Positions 1-10,222 of a stretch of 64,000 nt of DNA are shown here, piece by piece. The first letter of the stretch is position 1, and every line of letters starts with the position of its first letter. The notes beneath the pieces were generated by a model. It saw only the letters and a program-made list of their open reading frames with translations, made no database searches and was not told the origin of the DNA. A program made the translations under genes and the position numbers. Source of the DNA: Bacilli bacterium (GTDB lineage: Bacteria > Bacillota_I > Bacilli_A > RF39 > UBA660); the NCBI GenBank assembly GCA_017441065.1, contig JAFSAI010000016.1, positions 17,599 to 81,598 of the forward strand. Direction: 5' to 3'.

Positions 1-1
1 A

Positions 2-118
2 GAAAATCATAATATTTATTTTATTGGAGATGGTGCTGGTAAAGCAGGAAATATTGTTGCTGCAGCAGCTACAGGATTAGTAGCATCAAGAGATATTTTA
101 AGAAGAATTAACGAGTAA
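2..118 (+). CDS. 3' end of an FAD/NAD(P)-binding oxidoreductase-like gene (5' part outside window)
   Basis: Open frame from the window edge reads ENHNIYFIGDGAGKAGNIVAAAATGLVASRDILRRINE, then TAA at 116-118. The GDGAG..AAAxG pattern is typical of the C-terminal FAD-binding segment of flavoproteins. The family cannot be assigned from 38 aa. Confidence 0.4.
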   Translation, partial: ENHNIYFIGDGAGKAGNIVAAAATGLVASRDILRRINE

Positions 119-148
119 AAATATTTTGAAAAAATTAGGTCAAAAAGG

Positions 149-177
149 TTGACAAAAATAATAAAATCGATTAGGAT
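149..177 (+). promoter_or_regulatory. Candidate sigma-A promoter (TTGACA-17 nt-TAGGAT)
   Basis: TTGACA at 149-154, 17-nt spacer, TAGGAT at 172-177. It lies between two convergent genes and upstream of a short hairpin-rich segment that ends in a terminator. Confidence 0.3.
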
Positions 178-183
178 AGTAAT

Positions 184-277
184 CACCAATTCGGAAATAC
201 TGGATTGGTGCTAGTATCACACTAGTCAACCCCTTTTTATTCTTTGAGACCACAAGTTAATGTGGTCTCCTTTTTTT
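184..277 (+). ncRNA. Candidate ~90-nt small RNA of unknown class
   Basis: Hairpin CACCAAT(184-190)/ATTGGTG(204-210), hairpin CTAGT..ACTAG, then terminator hairpin GAGACCACA/TGTGGTCTC plus a T7 run. No ORF. It sits after the candidate promoter and there is no downstream gene on this strand. Confidence 0.3.
246..277 (+). terminator. Rho-independent terminator (plus strand)
   Basis: 9-bp perfect stem GAGACCACA-agttaa-TGTGGTCTC followed by TTTTTTT. Confidence 0.7.
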
Positions 278-279
278 GC

Positions 280-312
280 ACAAAAAATCACTATATTAAT
301 TATAGTGATTTT
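280..312 (-). terminator. Rho-independent terminator of the pyruvate:ferredoxin oxidoreductase gene
   Basis: Stem ATCACTATA/TATAGTGAT (287-309) just after the stop at 317, followed on the minus strand by a T-run. Confidence 0.6.
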
Positions 313-316
313 TATT

Positions 317-3300
317 TTATATTAATTTTTTATAATAATTATATCTTTTGATAGCGTTTTCTTTTTGTAAATTAAGTAGTTCTTCAGCTAATTCTTTATC
401 TTTAATTTTTAATGCTTTAAATCTAACTTCGTTATCTAAAAATTCATGATATCTTTCAAAATCAGGTTCTTTACTATCAATATATAATTTTTCTTCTTCT
501 GGTTTATAATGCATTAAGATTTGATATCCAACATCTATCGCAAGTTTTCCTTCACTCATTGAACAAGACATTCCATTTTTTATACCATGTTCTACACAAG
601 GAGAATATGCAATAATTATTGCTGGTCCATTATGTTCCATAGCTTCTTTAAATATCTTTATTGTATGCATAATATTACTTCCTAAAGAAATACTTGCTAC
701 ATAACAATTTGGATAGCTCATTGCAATTCTAAATAAGTCTTTCTTATAAGTTTTCTTACCAAAATCTGCAAATTCTGCTACTGCCCCAATTCTACTTGAT
801 TTACTTGCTTGTCCACCAGTATTTGAATATACTTCAGTGTCTAAAACTAAACATTTAACATTTTCATTTTGACTCATAACATGATCTAGTCCACCAAAAC
901 CAATGTCATATGCCCAACCATCGCCACCTACTGCCCAAACAACTCTAGCAGGTACATAAGAAAGTAAATCTTTTAAATCGTTTGGTATATTTTTTCCTTC
1001 CAATTTATTTTTAATATCCATAGTTATTTTTGCATCTTCACTATTTTCTAACCATTCATTAAATAATGATTTTACTTCATCATCTACTGAATCTAAACTC
1101 ATAGTCATTATTTCTCTTACTCTATCTCTTTTTTGTTTGTAAGATGCATGGATACCCAATGCAAATTCTGCATTATCTTCAAATAATGAATTTGCCCAAG
1201 GAATACTATAAGGAGTTGATGGTGCACTACCACCATAAATTGATGAACATCCAGTTGCATTAGCTATTACTAATTCATCTCCAAAAATTTGAGTTAATAA
1301 CTTAATATATGATGTTTCACCACAACCTGCGCAAGCTCCATGAAACTTAAATTTACTTTGTTGTAAGCTTGCGCCTTTCATTGTAAATTTATTCATAAGT
1401 TCTGGATTTTCATGAGTTTCAAAATATTTATCACATATTTCTCTATTTTCCTTATTACCACTACCAAAACTCAAGGCATTAGTTGGACAATTTTTAATAC
1501 ATAATCCACAACCAGTACAATCATATTCACTAATTGCTAAATAATAATGATTTTCAGTATTGCCTAAGCATTCTTTACCAACAATTTCTTTTAATATTAA
1601 TGGTCTAATAACTCCATGTGGGCAAACTATATTACATTGTCCACATTCAATACATTTCTTTGGATCCCATACAGGAACTTCATAAGAAGTATTTCTCTTT
1701 TCAAATTTTGTTAATTCACTTGGGAATGCACCATTTCTATAAGGTACTAAATCACTTACTTTAAGTTCATTACCCATTCTAGCATTTATTTTTTCAAATA
1801 TATTTTTCTTTAATTTTACTGCTTCATCATTTAATGTAATATTATCTAAAATACTTAAGTTATCCATTGATGATTTTAAAGCATTTAAATTGTTATTAAC
1901 TATGTCTTCACCTTTAGTTGCAAATGTTTTTCTAATTAATTCACAAACCTTTTCATAACCATCTTTAATATTTAATAATTTTAATATTATAACTTCCATT
2001 ATTTTATTAATCTTACCACTTATATTATTTAAAATAGCTATCTTAGATGCATCAATATAATATACTATAATATTCTTTCTATTTATTATTTCTTTAATAT
2101 CATTTGGTAAGAAATCATTTAATTCTTTGCCTTTTTTAGAAGTATTAATTAAAAGTATTCCATTATCTTTAATATCATTTAATATTTTAAATTTATGAAA
2201 ATATTCTTCTTTAGTAACAACAACTATTTCTGGATTATTAACGTAGAATGGTGCTTTTATTTCATTTTTACTCCATCTTAAATTAGATACAGTAACTCCA
2301 CCACTTTTTTTAGAATCATATTCAAAATATCCTTGAACATAGTAATCATCTTTAGAAATAATTTTAAGTATTTCTTTACTTGCACTAACCATACCATCTG
2401 AACCAAAACCAAATATTTTTATTTCTCTAGCATCTAATTTTATTTCATAATCATATTCTTCTAAACTTAAGTTAGTTACATCATCATCTATTCCAATTGT
2501 AAAATTATTTTTAAGAGTACCTTCTAGCATTTTATAAACACTATAAATATGTTTTGGAGTAGTATTTTTACTCGACAATCCATAACGACCACCAACTATA
2601 TTAATATTTTTGCCATTTAAAGCACTAACTACATCTAAATATAATGGTTCTCCAATACTTCCTGCTTCTTTTGTTCTATCAAGAACAGCTATATTTTTTA
2701 CTGTTTTAGGAAGTACATCTAATAAATATTTAATACTAAATGGTCTATATAAATGAACATTAATAACTCCAACATTGCCACCATTTTTATTTATTTCATC
2801 AACTACCAGTTTAATAGTATCTGTTATACTTCCCATAGCAATAATAATATTTTCGGAAGTACTACTTCCATAATAATTAAATGGTTTATAATCTGTATTC
2901 ATAATATTATTAATTTGTTCCATATAATTATTAACTATATCAGGCATTTTATTATAAAGTTCATTTCTAGCCTCAACAGATTGAAAATAAATATCTTCAT
3001 TTTCTGCCATACCATATTGATATCCACATCTAACATTTAATGCTCTATCTTTAAAAGCATTTACTTCATCCCAAGGAACTAATTTTAATAATTCTTTTGA
3101 ATCTAATTCTTCAATTGTATTCAGTTCGTGACTTGTTCTAAAACCATCAAAAAAATGAATAAATGGAAGACTACCTTTAATTGCCGAAAGGTGTGCTACT
3201 GCAGCTAAATTTTGAGCATCAAATACATTAGAACTTGATAACATACAAAAGCCTGTTTGGCGAGCACTATAAACATCCGAATGATCTCCAAAAATTGATA

Positions 3301-3652
3301 ATGCATGAGTTGCAATAGTTCTGCTTGCTACATGAATTACGCCAGGTAAACATTCACCAGCTATTTTATACATATTAGGAATCATTAATAAAAGTCCTTG
3401 ACTAGCAGTAAATGTTGATGCTAGGGAACCTGATAATAATGCTCCATGCATTGTTCCTGCTGCTCCCGCTTCACTTTGCATTTCTATAACTCTAGGTTTA
3501 CTATTATATATATTTTTTAAATCAGTATTAGTTAAATAATCTACATTTGATGCCATAGTACTAGATGGTGTAATAGGATATATACTACATATTTCACTAA
3601 ATAAATATGCAATATTACTACACGCAGTATTTCCATCAACTTGTTTTTTCAT
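317..3652 (-). CDS. nifJ: Pyruvate:ferredoxin (flavodoxin) oxidoreductase, single-polypeptide type
   Basis: 1111 aa. N-terminal GNTACSNIAYLFSEICSIYPITPSS, two 4Fe-4S ferredoxin motifs (CIECGQCNIVCP, CTGCGLCIKNCP) and a TPP-binding region GGDGWAYDIGFGGLDH. Confidence 0.95.
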   Translation of the reverse strand: MKKQVDGNTACSNIAYLFSEICSIYPITPSSTMASNVDYLTNTDLKNIYNSKPRVIEMQSEAGAAGTMHGALLSGSLASTFTASQGLLLMIPNMYKIAGECLPGVIHVASRTIATHALSIFGDHSDVYSARQTGFCMLSSSNVFDAQNLAAVAHLSAIKGSLPFIHFFDGFRTSHELNTIEELDSKELLKLVPWDEVNAFKDRALNVRCGYQYGMAENEDIYFQSVEARNELYNKMPDIVNNYMEQINNIMNTDYKPFNYYGSSTSENIIIAMGSITDTIKLVVDEINKNGGNVGVINVHLYRPFSIKYLLDVLPKTVKNIAVLDRTKEAGSIGEPLYLDVVSALNGKNINIVGGRYGLSSKNTTPKHIYSVYKMLEGTLKNNFTIGIDDDVTNLSLEEYDYEIKLDAREIKIFGFGSDGMVSASKEILKIISKDDYYVQGYFEYDSKKSGGVTVSNLRWSKNEIKAPFYVNNPEIVVVTKEEYFHKFKILNDIKDNGILLINTSKKGKELNDFLPNDIKEIINRKNIIVYYIDASKIAILNNISGKINKIMEVIILKLLNIKDGYEKVCELIRKTFATKGEDIVNNNLNALKSSMDNLSILDNITLNDEAVKLKKNIFEKINARMGNELKVSDLVPYRNGAFPSELTKFEKRNTSYEVPVWDPKKCIECGQCNIVCPHGVIRPLILKEIVGKECLGNTENHYYLAISEYDCTGCGLCIKNCPTNALSFGSGNKENREICDKYFETHENPELMNKFTMKGASLQQSKFKFHGACAGCGETSYIKLLTQIFGDELVIANATGCSSIYGGSAPSTPYSIPWANSLFEDNAEFALGIHASYKQKRDRVREIMTMSLDSVDDEVKSLFNEWLENSEDAKITMDIKNKLEGKNIPNDLKDLLSYVPARVVWAVGGDGWAYDIGFGGLDHVMSQNENVKCLVLDTEVYSNTGGQASKSSRIGAVAEFADFGKKTYKKDLFRIAMSYPNCYVASISLGSNIMHTIKIFKEAMEHNGPAIIIAYSPCVEHGIKNGMSCSMSEGKLAIDVGYQILMHYKPEEEKLYIDSKEPDFERYHEFLDNEVRFKALKIKDKELAEELLNLQKENAIKRYNYYKKLI

Positions 3653-3705
3653 GTAAAATCACCTAAATAAATTATACACTAAAAAAGACTAGATTTACTA
3701 GTCTA

Positions 3706-4935
3706 TTATTTATTTAATAATTCTTCTATTTTCATTAATCTATTATACTTAGCAATTCGCTCTCCTCTACAAACTGAACCGGTTTTAATAAAAGGAATTC
3801 CAAATCCTACAGCTAAATCTGCTATAAAAGTATCTTCTGTTTCACCACTTCTATGACTAATAATAGTTTTATAATTATTCTTTTTAGCAGTCATGATAGT
3901 TTTAGTCATTTCTGATACTGTACCTATTTGATTAGCTTTTAAAAGTATTGCATTACCGGCATTTATTTTAATTCCTGCTTCAAGTAATGTATTATTAGTA
4001 CAGAAATAATCATCTCCTACTAACATAACTTTATCTCCTACCAATTTTGTAAGTACTGCTAAACTTTCTAAATCATTTTCTTCAAATGGATCTTCTATAC
4101 TAATAATTGGATAATTTCTAATAAGTTCAATATAATACTTTATTAAATCATTAGCATTTAAATAAGTTCCATCTATTTTATAAACATTTTTATTCTTGTC
4201 ATACATTTCTGATGCCGCAACATCAAGTGCTATAAGAACATCTTTGCCAGGACGATAATTAGCTTCATTTATAGCATCCATTATTAAATCTAGAGCTTCT
4301 GTTGTTTTGCCTAAGTTTGGAGCAAAACCGCCTTCATCACCAACACCAGTTGATAATCCTCTTTCTTTTAATATTTTCTTCAATGTGTGAAATATTTCAC
4401 TAGCCGATCTTACTCTATTAGCTTCTCCTTTTACAATTGGGACAATCATAAACTCTTGAACATCTAAATTATTATCAGCATGAGCTCCCCCATTAATGAT
4501 ATTAATCATTGGAATTGGTAAACTCACCTTTCCATAAGTAACATATTCATATAATTCTTTATCTTGTAGTTTAGCTAAACATTTCAAACAACATAAAGAT
4601 ACAGCAAGCATAGCATTTGCACCCAAATTACTCTTATTAGGAGTTCCATCTAATTTAAGTAATATCTTATCAACATTAACTTGATCTAATTTTTGACCAA
4701 TTAATGCTTTCCTAATAGTTGTATTAACATTTTCAACTGCTTTTAAAACACCCTTACCTAAATATCTAGATGCATCATTATCTCTAAGCTCTAATGCTTC
4801 TTTAGAACCAGTTGATGCTCCGCTTGGAACAGATGCAACTGCACTTATATTATTTGCTAAAATCATTTCAACTTCAACAGTGGGATTACCTCTACTATCT
4901 AAGATTTCTCTTGCATGTATATCTTTTATATTCAT
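3706..4935 (-). CDS. eno: Enolase (phosphopyruvate hydratase)
   Basis: MNIKDIHAREILDSRGNPTVEVE.., SHRSGETEDTFIADLAV. Start moved to the ATG at 4935, preceded by AGGTGG; the tracked GTG start lies inside that RBS. Confidence 0.97.
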   Translation of the reverse strand: MNIKDIHAREILDSRGNPTVEVEMILANNISAVASVPSGASTGSKEALELRDNDASRYLGKGVLKAVENVNTTIRKALIGQKLDQVNVDKILLKLDGTPNKSNLGANAMLAVSLCCLKCLAKLQDKELYEYVTYGKVSLPIPMINIINGGAHADNNLDVQEFMIVPIVKGEANRVRSASEIFHTLKKILKERGLSTGVGDEGGFAPNLGKTTEALDLIMDAINEANYRPGKDVLIALDVAASEMYDKNKNVYKIDGTYLNANDLIKYYIELIRNYPIISIEDPFEENDLESLAVLTKLVGDKVMLVGDDYFCTNNTLLEAGIKINAGNAILLKANQIGTVSEMTKTIMTAKKNNYKTIISHRSGETEDTFIADLAVGFGIPFIKTGSVCRGERIAKYNRLMKIEELLNK

Positions 4936-5015
4936 TGTTACCACCTATATTTTTAGTATACCCAAGAGTAAATAATTTAACAATAAAAAAATAGATGTTT
5001 GACACATCCATTTTA

Positions 5016-5567
5016 CTACGCTATAAAGTAACTACTTCTTCGTCTTAATAGTATTGTATTAACAAAGTTTATTATCCCATAACCTAAAAGGGCAATACCA
5101 GTTACTATCACAACATTATCTTTACTAGTAAAAAATAAAATTATAGCTATAATCATGAAAAGAATTCCAATAACTAATGTTACTAACCAAGATGATTCAT
5201 TAAATTTTTTAAATTCTATTCCATAGAATATTTTTTGTGCTCCTACAACTATTAAATAAATTCCTAAACCAATAGCTAAATGATAATTTAAAAATAATGC
5301 AACTAATCCAACTATAATTAAAAGAATTCCAAATATAATATTTAAGTTAAATAAAACAATTCCTCCACGACGTATATAAGATATTAAACTAGATACACCA
5401 TTTCCAATCAATAACAATCCCGTTATTACTGCTACTACAATAGGATTCATAGTTTGAATTGAAAAACAAATAATTCCAAATAATACACATATAGCTGATA
5501 TAATCAAATCAATTATAGTAATAGTATTAAATATTCCCTTTACATTTCCAAAGATTTTTTCTAACAT
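5016..5567 (-). CDS. Multi-pass membrane protein, DUF308/HdeD-like
   Basis: About six hydrophobic helices with repeated small-helix architecture. ATG at 5567 is preceded by AGGTGA, whereas the longer ORF starts at TTG without an RBS. Confidence 0.5.
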   Translation of the reverse strand: MLEKIFGNVKGIFNTITIIDLIISAICVLFGIICFSIQTMNPIVVAVITGLLLIGNGVSSLISYIRRGGIVLFNLNIIFGILLIIVGLVALFLNYHLAIGLGIYLIVVGAQKIFYGIEFKKFNESSWLVTLVIGILFMIIAIILFFTSKDNVVIVTGIALLGYGIINFVNTILLRRRSSYFIA

Positions 5568-5653
5568 ATTATCACCTACTGAAATTATACTAATAAAATC
5601 TTCCTTAATCAAGGTAATTATGGTATAATATAGTACTTAGAAAGAGGTGAATT

Positions 5654-6898
5654 ATGACATTTAAAGAACTAAATATTGAAGAATTTACAAATTTTCAAAA
5701 AAATCATCCATTATCTAATTTTTATCAAACTATTAATTATGCTCTTTTAATGGCAGAAAATGGATTTGAATATGATTTAGTTGGTTTAGTTGATGAATAC
5801 GACAATATTCTTGCTGCATCATTAATTCTTTTAAAACCAATTGGAATAAAATGTTTTTATGGTTATGCACCAAGAGGTTTTTTAATTGATTATAGTAATG
5901 AATATTTAGTTAATAAATTTACCGAAGCTTTAAAAGAATATTATTATAATAAAAACGTTATTTTTATTAAATTAAATCCTAATTTACCTATTGGTGAAAT
6001 AGATAATAAAACTTTTGATGTGACATATAACTCTAACAAAGAAATAGCATTTACATTAAATAGGTATAATTATAAAAAATTAAAAAATAATTTATATTTT
6101 GAATCACAATTACCTAGGTTTAATGCTTTTATAAATTTAAAAACATTTAATGTTAATAATTTAGATAAAAACACTAAAAATAAAATTAAAAAGGGAATTA
6201 GAAAAGGCTTAGTTATTGATAGATACCCAAAAGAATATATTGGAGAATTTTATAAATTAATGCAAAAGAAAAAAGATAATACCGAATACTATTATCAAGA
6301 TTACTACACAGTATTTGATAAAAATGATTCAGTAGATTTATTCTTAGTATCTATTGACTACAACGAATTTTTACAAAATAGCCAATATGTATATAATGCA
6401 GAATTAGAAAAAAATAATAAATTAAATGAAAAATTAGCAAGAAGTAATAGTGAACATACTATAAATACAAAAATGAATAGTGACAAAATATTATTATCAT
6501 ACAAAAATGATATTATGGAAGCTACTAAAGGTATTTCTGATAACAAACAAGTATTTATAGCAGGAGCATTAGTAATTAAACATAATAATTCAGTTAGTAT
6601 TGTATTTAGTGGATATGATCAAAATTATAAAAGATTTGCACCAAACTATTTCTTACATTATAGTTTAATTAAGTACTACAAAGATAATTATGATTATTTA
6701 GATTTAAATGGTATGGTTGGTAACTTTACAGAAGAAAATCCATATTCAGGATTAAATAGATTTAAATTAGGTTTTAATCCTCAAGTATATGAATACATTG
6801 GAGAATTTGATTTAATTGTGGAACCAAAAAGTTATGATATACTTTTATCAAATGGTATTCTAGCAAAAGAATTTAATAAAAAAGATATAAAAAAATAA
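5654..6898 (+). CDS. FemAB-family peptidoglycan interpeptide-bridge aminoacyltransferase
   Basis: 414 aa. N-terminal FxxFxxxHPxxNFxQT pattern, a central coiled-coil insertion and C-terminal FSGYD..RFAPNYFL..LNGM, as in FemX/FemA/MurM proteins. Confidence 0.8.
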   Translation: MTFKELNIEEFTNFQKNHPLSNFYQTINYALLMAENGFEYDLVGLVDEYDNILAASLILLKPIGIKCFYGYAPRGFLIDYSNEYLVNKFTEALKEYYYNKNVIFIKLNPNLPIGEIDNKTFDVTYNSNKEIAFTLNRYNYKKLKNNLYFESQLPRFNAFINLKTFNVNNLDKNTKNKIKKGIRKGLVIDRYPKEYIGEFYKLMQKKKDNTEYYYQDYYTVFDKNDSVDLFLVSIDYNEFLQNSQYVYNAELEKNNKLNEKLARSNSEHTINTKMNSDKILLSYKNDIMEATKGISDNKQVFIAGALVIKHNNSVSIVFSGYDQNYKRFAPNYFLHYSLIKYYKDNYDYLDLNGMVGNFTEENPYSGLNRFKLGFNPQVYEYIGEFDLIVEPKSYDILLSNGILAKEFNKKDIKK

Positions 6899-6921
6899 CA
6901 ACAATAGTTGTTATTTTTAAT

Positions 6922-8652
6922 TTACATTCTATTTGGTAATTCAATAGCTAAAATATTTAATAATATTTTGTTTACTTCATACACAATTTTAGTTAAATAT
7001 AACCAAGATTCTCTTTTTAATTCATCAGTTTCTTTTAAAATAATATTTTCTGTATAAAATCTATTATAAATAGTAGTTAATTTATATAAATATTCAGTAA
7101 TATCATTTAAAGACTTAGAATCAAAAGCTCTATTTAATATTAAATCTAAATTATTTAATGCAAGAATTACATCTCGATCAAATTGATTAGCAATAATATT
7201 TATTTTATTATAAGAAACATTTGCTTCTTCTGCTTTTTTTAATAAAGATTTCATTCTAATAGTAGAATATAGAATATATGGTCCTGTTTTTCCATCTAAA
7301 TCACAGAATTTTTCGACATCAAATATATAATCTGATTCTCTATTAGGTAAAAGATCAGCAAATTTAACTGCAGACATAGCTATTTTTTCTGCTATCTCAT
7401 CTCTATCATCTAGAATACTTTCATTAAGTCTTTTTAAACTTTCATCCTTTACTAATTGAAGTAAGTCATTTAGTCTCATTACTCCACCATCACGAGTTTT
7501 AAATGGTTTACCATCACTACCATTCATGGTTCCAAATCCAGCAAAGATTAATTTTGTATCATCGTTTGCAATTTTTGACTTATAAGCCGCTCTAAATACT
7601 TGAGTAAAATGAAGGCTTTGTCTTTTATCTACAATATACCAAATTTCATCTGGTTTATCATTTTTCATTCTATCATAAATAGTAGCAAGTTCAGTTGTAC
7701 TATAAAGTATTCCACCATCAGATTTTATTAATAACATTGGAGGTATTTCTAATTTATCAGTATCTAAAGATACATTAATAACTTTAGCACCTTCACTTTC
7801 TTCTACTATATTCAACTTATCTAAATAGTTAAGCATTTCTGGAACATAGCGTTCTGCATCGCTTTCACCTTTATATAAATCAAAATTAGCATTTAATCTA
7901 TCATAAATTTTCTTAATATCAGTTTTAGAAACATCCATTATTTTATTCCATAATGCAATTATTCCTCTTACACCATTTTGTAACTTGGTAGTCATAATTT
8001 GTGCTTCTTTTAAATATTCTTCGTCTTCTTTCGCTTTACTTGATGCATATGGATATATTTCTTCTAATAAAGAGTTTGTTATTTCTACATCTGGATATTC
8101 GCCTTCAAATGATTCATCAAAATAAACCCAGTCAGGATGTCTTTTAGATAACTCCAAAATAACTAACCCTAAAGGTCTACCCCAATCCCCTAAATGAGTA
8201 TCTGATATAGTATCATATCCTAAAAATTTACATAATCTATTTAATGCTTCACCAATATTTGCACTTCTTAAATGGCCTACATGTAAACTTTTAGCAACAT
8301 TTGCACCACCATAATCTAAAAATATTAATTTATTATTTTTGGGATATTCATAATCATTTTGATTAGTAAAATCTATTAAAGTGATATCACTAATAGTCAT
8401 ATTGATAAAACCTGGACCAGCTATATTAACATTCTTAAAAAAACTATCCTTTTCAAGTTCAGAAACAACATCTTTAGCTATATCAATTGGACTTTTATGA
8501 TAAACTTTTGCAAGTGGCATCACTCCATTAAATTGATATTCTCCTAAGTCTGGTCTATTAGATTCATTAACAACAACTTCTTCTACTTGATAACCGCATG
8601 AATCTAAAGCTTTGCTTATTTTTTCTTCTATAATCTTATAAAATTTTTTCAT
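6922..8652 (-). CDS. argS: Arginine--tRNA ligase
   Basis: Class I HIGH motif (SLHVGHLRSANIGEAL), GPGFINMTI, and a C-terminal anticodon-binding domain ending ..NRM. Start taken at MKKFYKII (GGTGA RBS). Confidence 0.95.
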   Translation of the reverse strand: MKKFYKIIEEKISKALDSCGYQVEEVVVNESNRPDLGEYQFNGVMPLAKVYHKSPIDIAKDVVSELEKDSFFKNVNIAGPGFINMTISDITLIDFTNQNDYEYPKNNKLIFLDYGGANVAKSLHVGHLRSANIGEALNRLCKFLGYDTISDTHLGDWGRPLGLVILELSKRHPDWVYFDESFEGEYPDVEITNSLLEEIYPYASSKAKEDEEYLKEAQIMTTKLQNGVRGIIALWNKIMDVSKTDIKKIYDRLNANFDLYKGESDAERYVPEMLNYLDKLNIVEESEGAKVINVSLDTDKLEIPPMLLIKSDGGILYSTTELATIYDRMKNDKPDEIWYIVDKRQSLHFTQVFRAAYKSKIANDDTKLIFAGFGTMNGSDGKPFKTRDGGVMRLNDLLQLVKDESLKRLNESILDDRDEIAEKIAMSAVKFADLLPNRESDYIFDVEKFCDLDGKTGPYILYSTIRMKSLLKKAEEANVSYNKINIIANQFDRDVILALNNLDLILNRAFDSKSLNDITEYLYKLTTIYNRFYTENIILKETDELKRESWLYLTKIVYEVNKILLNILAIELPNRM

Positions 8653-8751
8653 AAAATCACCACTAAGCATATTTTATCAAAAATAATGTTATATGACAAA
8701 TAAGTTATATTATTTTTAACTCTTTTCTAGTATAATTAATATGGTGATTAA

Positions 8752-9582
8752 ATGACTTCAGTTAAAAAAAAGAAAAAATTACGTTTTAAAAAGTCTGTAA
8801 TCTATTTTTTTATTCTAGTGATTCCATTACCATTACTTATTTTTTCAACATATGAAATTATAAATTATTTAATTGATTCACCAAATACAAAAGAAATTAT
8901 TACTAATGTTATTGATAAAACTGAAATTATAGAATATGAAAGTGAAGATGCTGAGATTATTGAAACAGAAGAACATCCAGACACTCCATATTGGAATTTT
9001 ATAAAAATGAATTTAATTGATGTTGATTTTAGTGAACTAAAAAATACCAATTCAGATACAGTAGCATGGCTTTATGTTGGAGGAACAAATATTAATTATC
9101 CGGTTGTTCAAACAAGTGATAACGATTATTATTTAACTCATTCTTTTGATAAAAGTTCTAATAAAGCAGGATGGTTATTTATGGACTATCGTAATAATAA
9201 AAACGAGTATAAAGAAAATACTATTATTTATGCCCACAATAGAAAAGATAAAACAATGTTTGGTTCATTAGATAATTTACTTACTAGTGATTGGTATAAT
9301 ATTGAAGATAATAGAGTTATAAAAATGTCTTCTGAAACTCATAATACATTGTGGCAAATATTTAGTGTATATACTATTGAAACAACAAACGATTATATAA
9401 GAACTCATTTTGAAAACGCAGAAGATTATTTAGGGTTTTTAAATTTAATAAAAGGAAGAAGCTACAGAAACTTTAAAACTTCAGTTACTTCAAATGATAA
9501 AGTACTTACTTTATCCACTTGTCACGGTGAAACAAAAAAATTGGTTGTTCATGCAAAACTTATAAAAATAGAAGCAAAATAA
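8752..9582 (+). CDS. srtB: Class B sortase
   Basis: N-terminal membrane anchor, AWLYVGGTNINYPVVQTSDNDYYLTHSF, catalytic TLSTC motif (KVLTLSTCHGE). Confidence 0.85.
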   Translation: MTSVKKKKKLRFKKSVIYFFILVIPLPLLIFSTYEIINYLIDSPNTKEIITNVIDKTEIIEYESEDAEIIETEEHPDTPYWNFIKMNLIDVDFSELKNTNSDTVAWLYVGGTNINYPVVQTSDNDYYLTHSFDKSSNKAGWLFMDYRNNKNEYKENTIIYAHNRKDKTMFGSLDNLLTSDWYNIEDNRVIKMSSETHNTLWQIFSVYTIETTNDYIRTHFENAEDYLGFLNLIKGRSYRNFKTSVTSNDKVLTLSTCHGETKKLVVHAKLIKIEAK

Positions 9583-9596
9583 TTTGCTTCTATTTT

Positions 9597-10214
9597 TTAT
9601 TCATAAATAACTTTTGTACCACTTATTAAATCGTGTAAACCTCTTTTATCTTTTCTTATATTCATCATCACAAATGACATAATAGCTATACCGAAGAACA
9701 AATATACTACTACTGAATTTATTGATGCAAAATGTGAACTACCAATAATAAATACTAGTATTGATGTTATAATAATAGGAATAACACTACCAATAAATAT
9801 ATAATATGTTGGTAAAATTCTTAAGAAATATGACCAAACACTTAACTTTTTATCACTATTGCTTACTACCTTTATTTTCATTATCTTCTTTCCTAAAGTT
9901 TGACCATTATTAAACTTTTGAAATAAACCAAAATAAGCAAATATTACTAATATTACAACTATATTAGTACTAACACCATATTTAGTTGCTTTATAAATAT
10001 ATTCTTTTTGATATTCTAATACTTCATCTTCAGTAATTTTCTTTTCATTATAATCATTAATTATTTCTTGATATTCATTTGATGTTTCTATTAATTTATC
10101 ATAAGTTGGATTTATAAATCTAATACCAGTTATTAATGACATAAAAAGATAAATTAAACAAATATCTAATAAATATGCACTTACTCTTTTTGATACATTA
10201 GCTATATTTTCCAT
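9597..10214 (-). CDS. RDD-family membrane protein
   Basis: 205 aa with 3-4 TM helices; GQTLGKKIMKIKVV and C-terminal RGLHDLISGTKVI are typical of RDD domains. Confidence 0.6.
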   Translation of the reverse strand: MENIANVSKRVSAYLLDICLIYLFMSLITGIRFINPTYDKLIETSNEYQEIINDYNEKKITEDEVLEYQKEYIYKATKYGVSTNIVVILVIFAYFGLFQKFNNGQTLGKKIMKIKVVSNSDKKLSVWSYFLRILPTYYIFIGSVIPIIITSILVFIIGSSHFASINSVVVYLFFGIAIMSFVMMNIRKDKRGLHDLISGTKVIYE

Positions 10215-10222
10215 ATAATCCC

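Noticed and set aside
8653-8751. T-box leader upstream of argS
   Set aside because: The intergenic region is only about 100 nt and is shared with the divergent srtB promoter. That is too short for a T-box, and no T-box sequence (AGAGA..GGTGGTACCGCG-like) is present.
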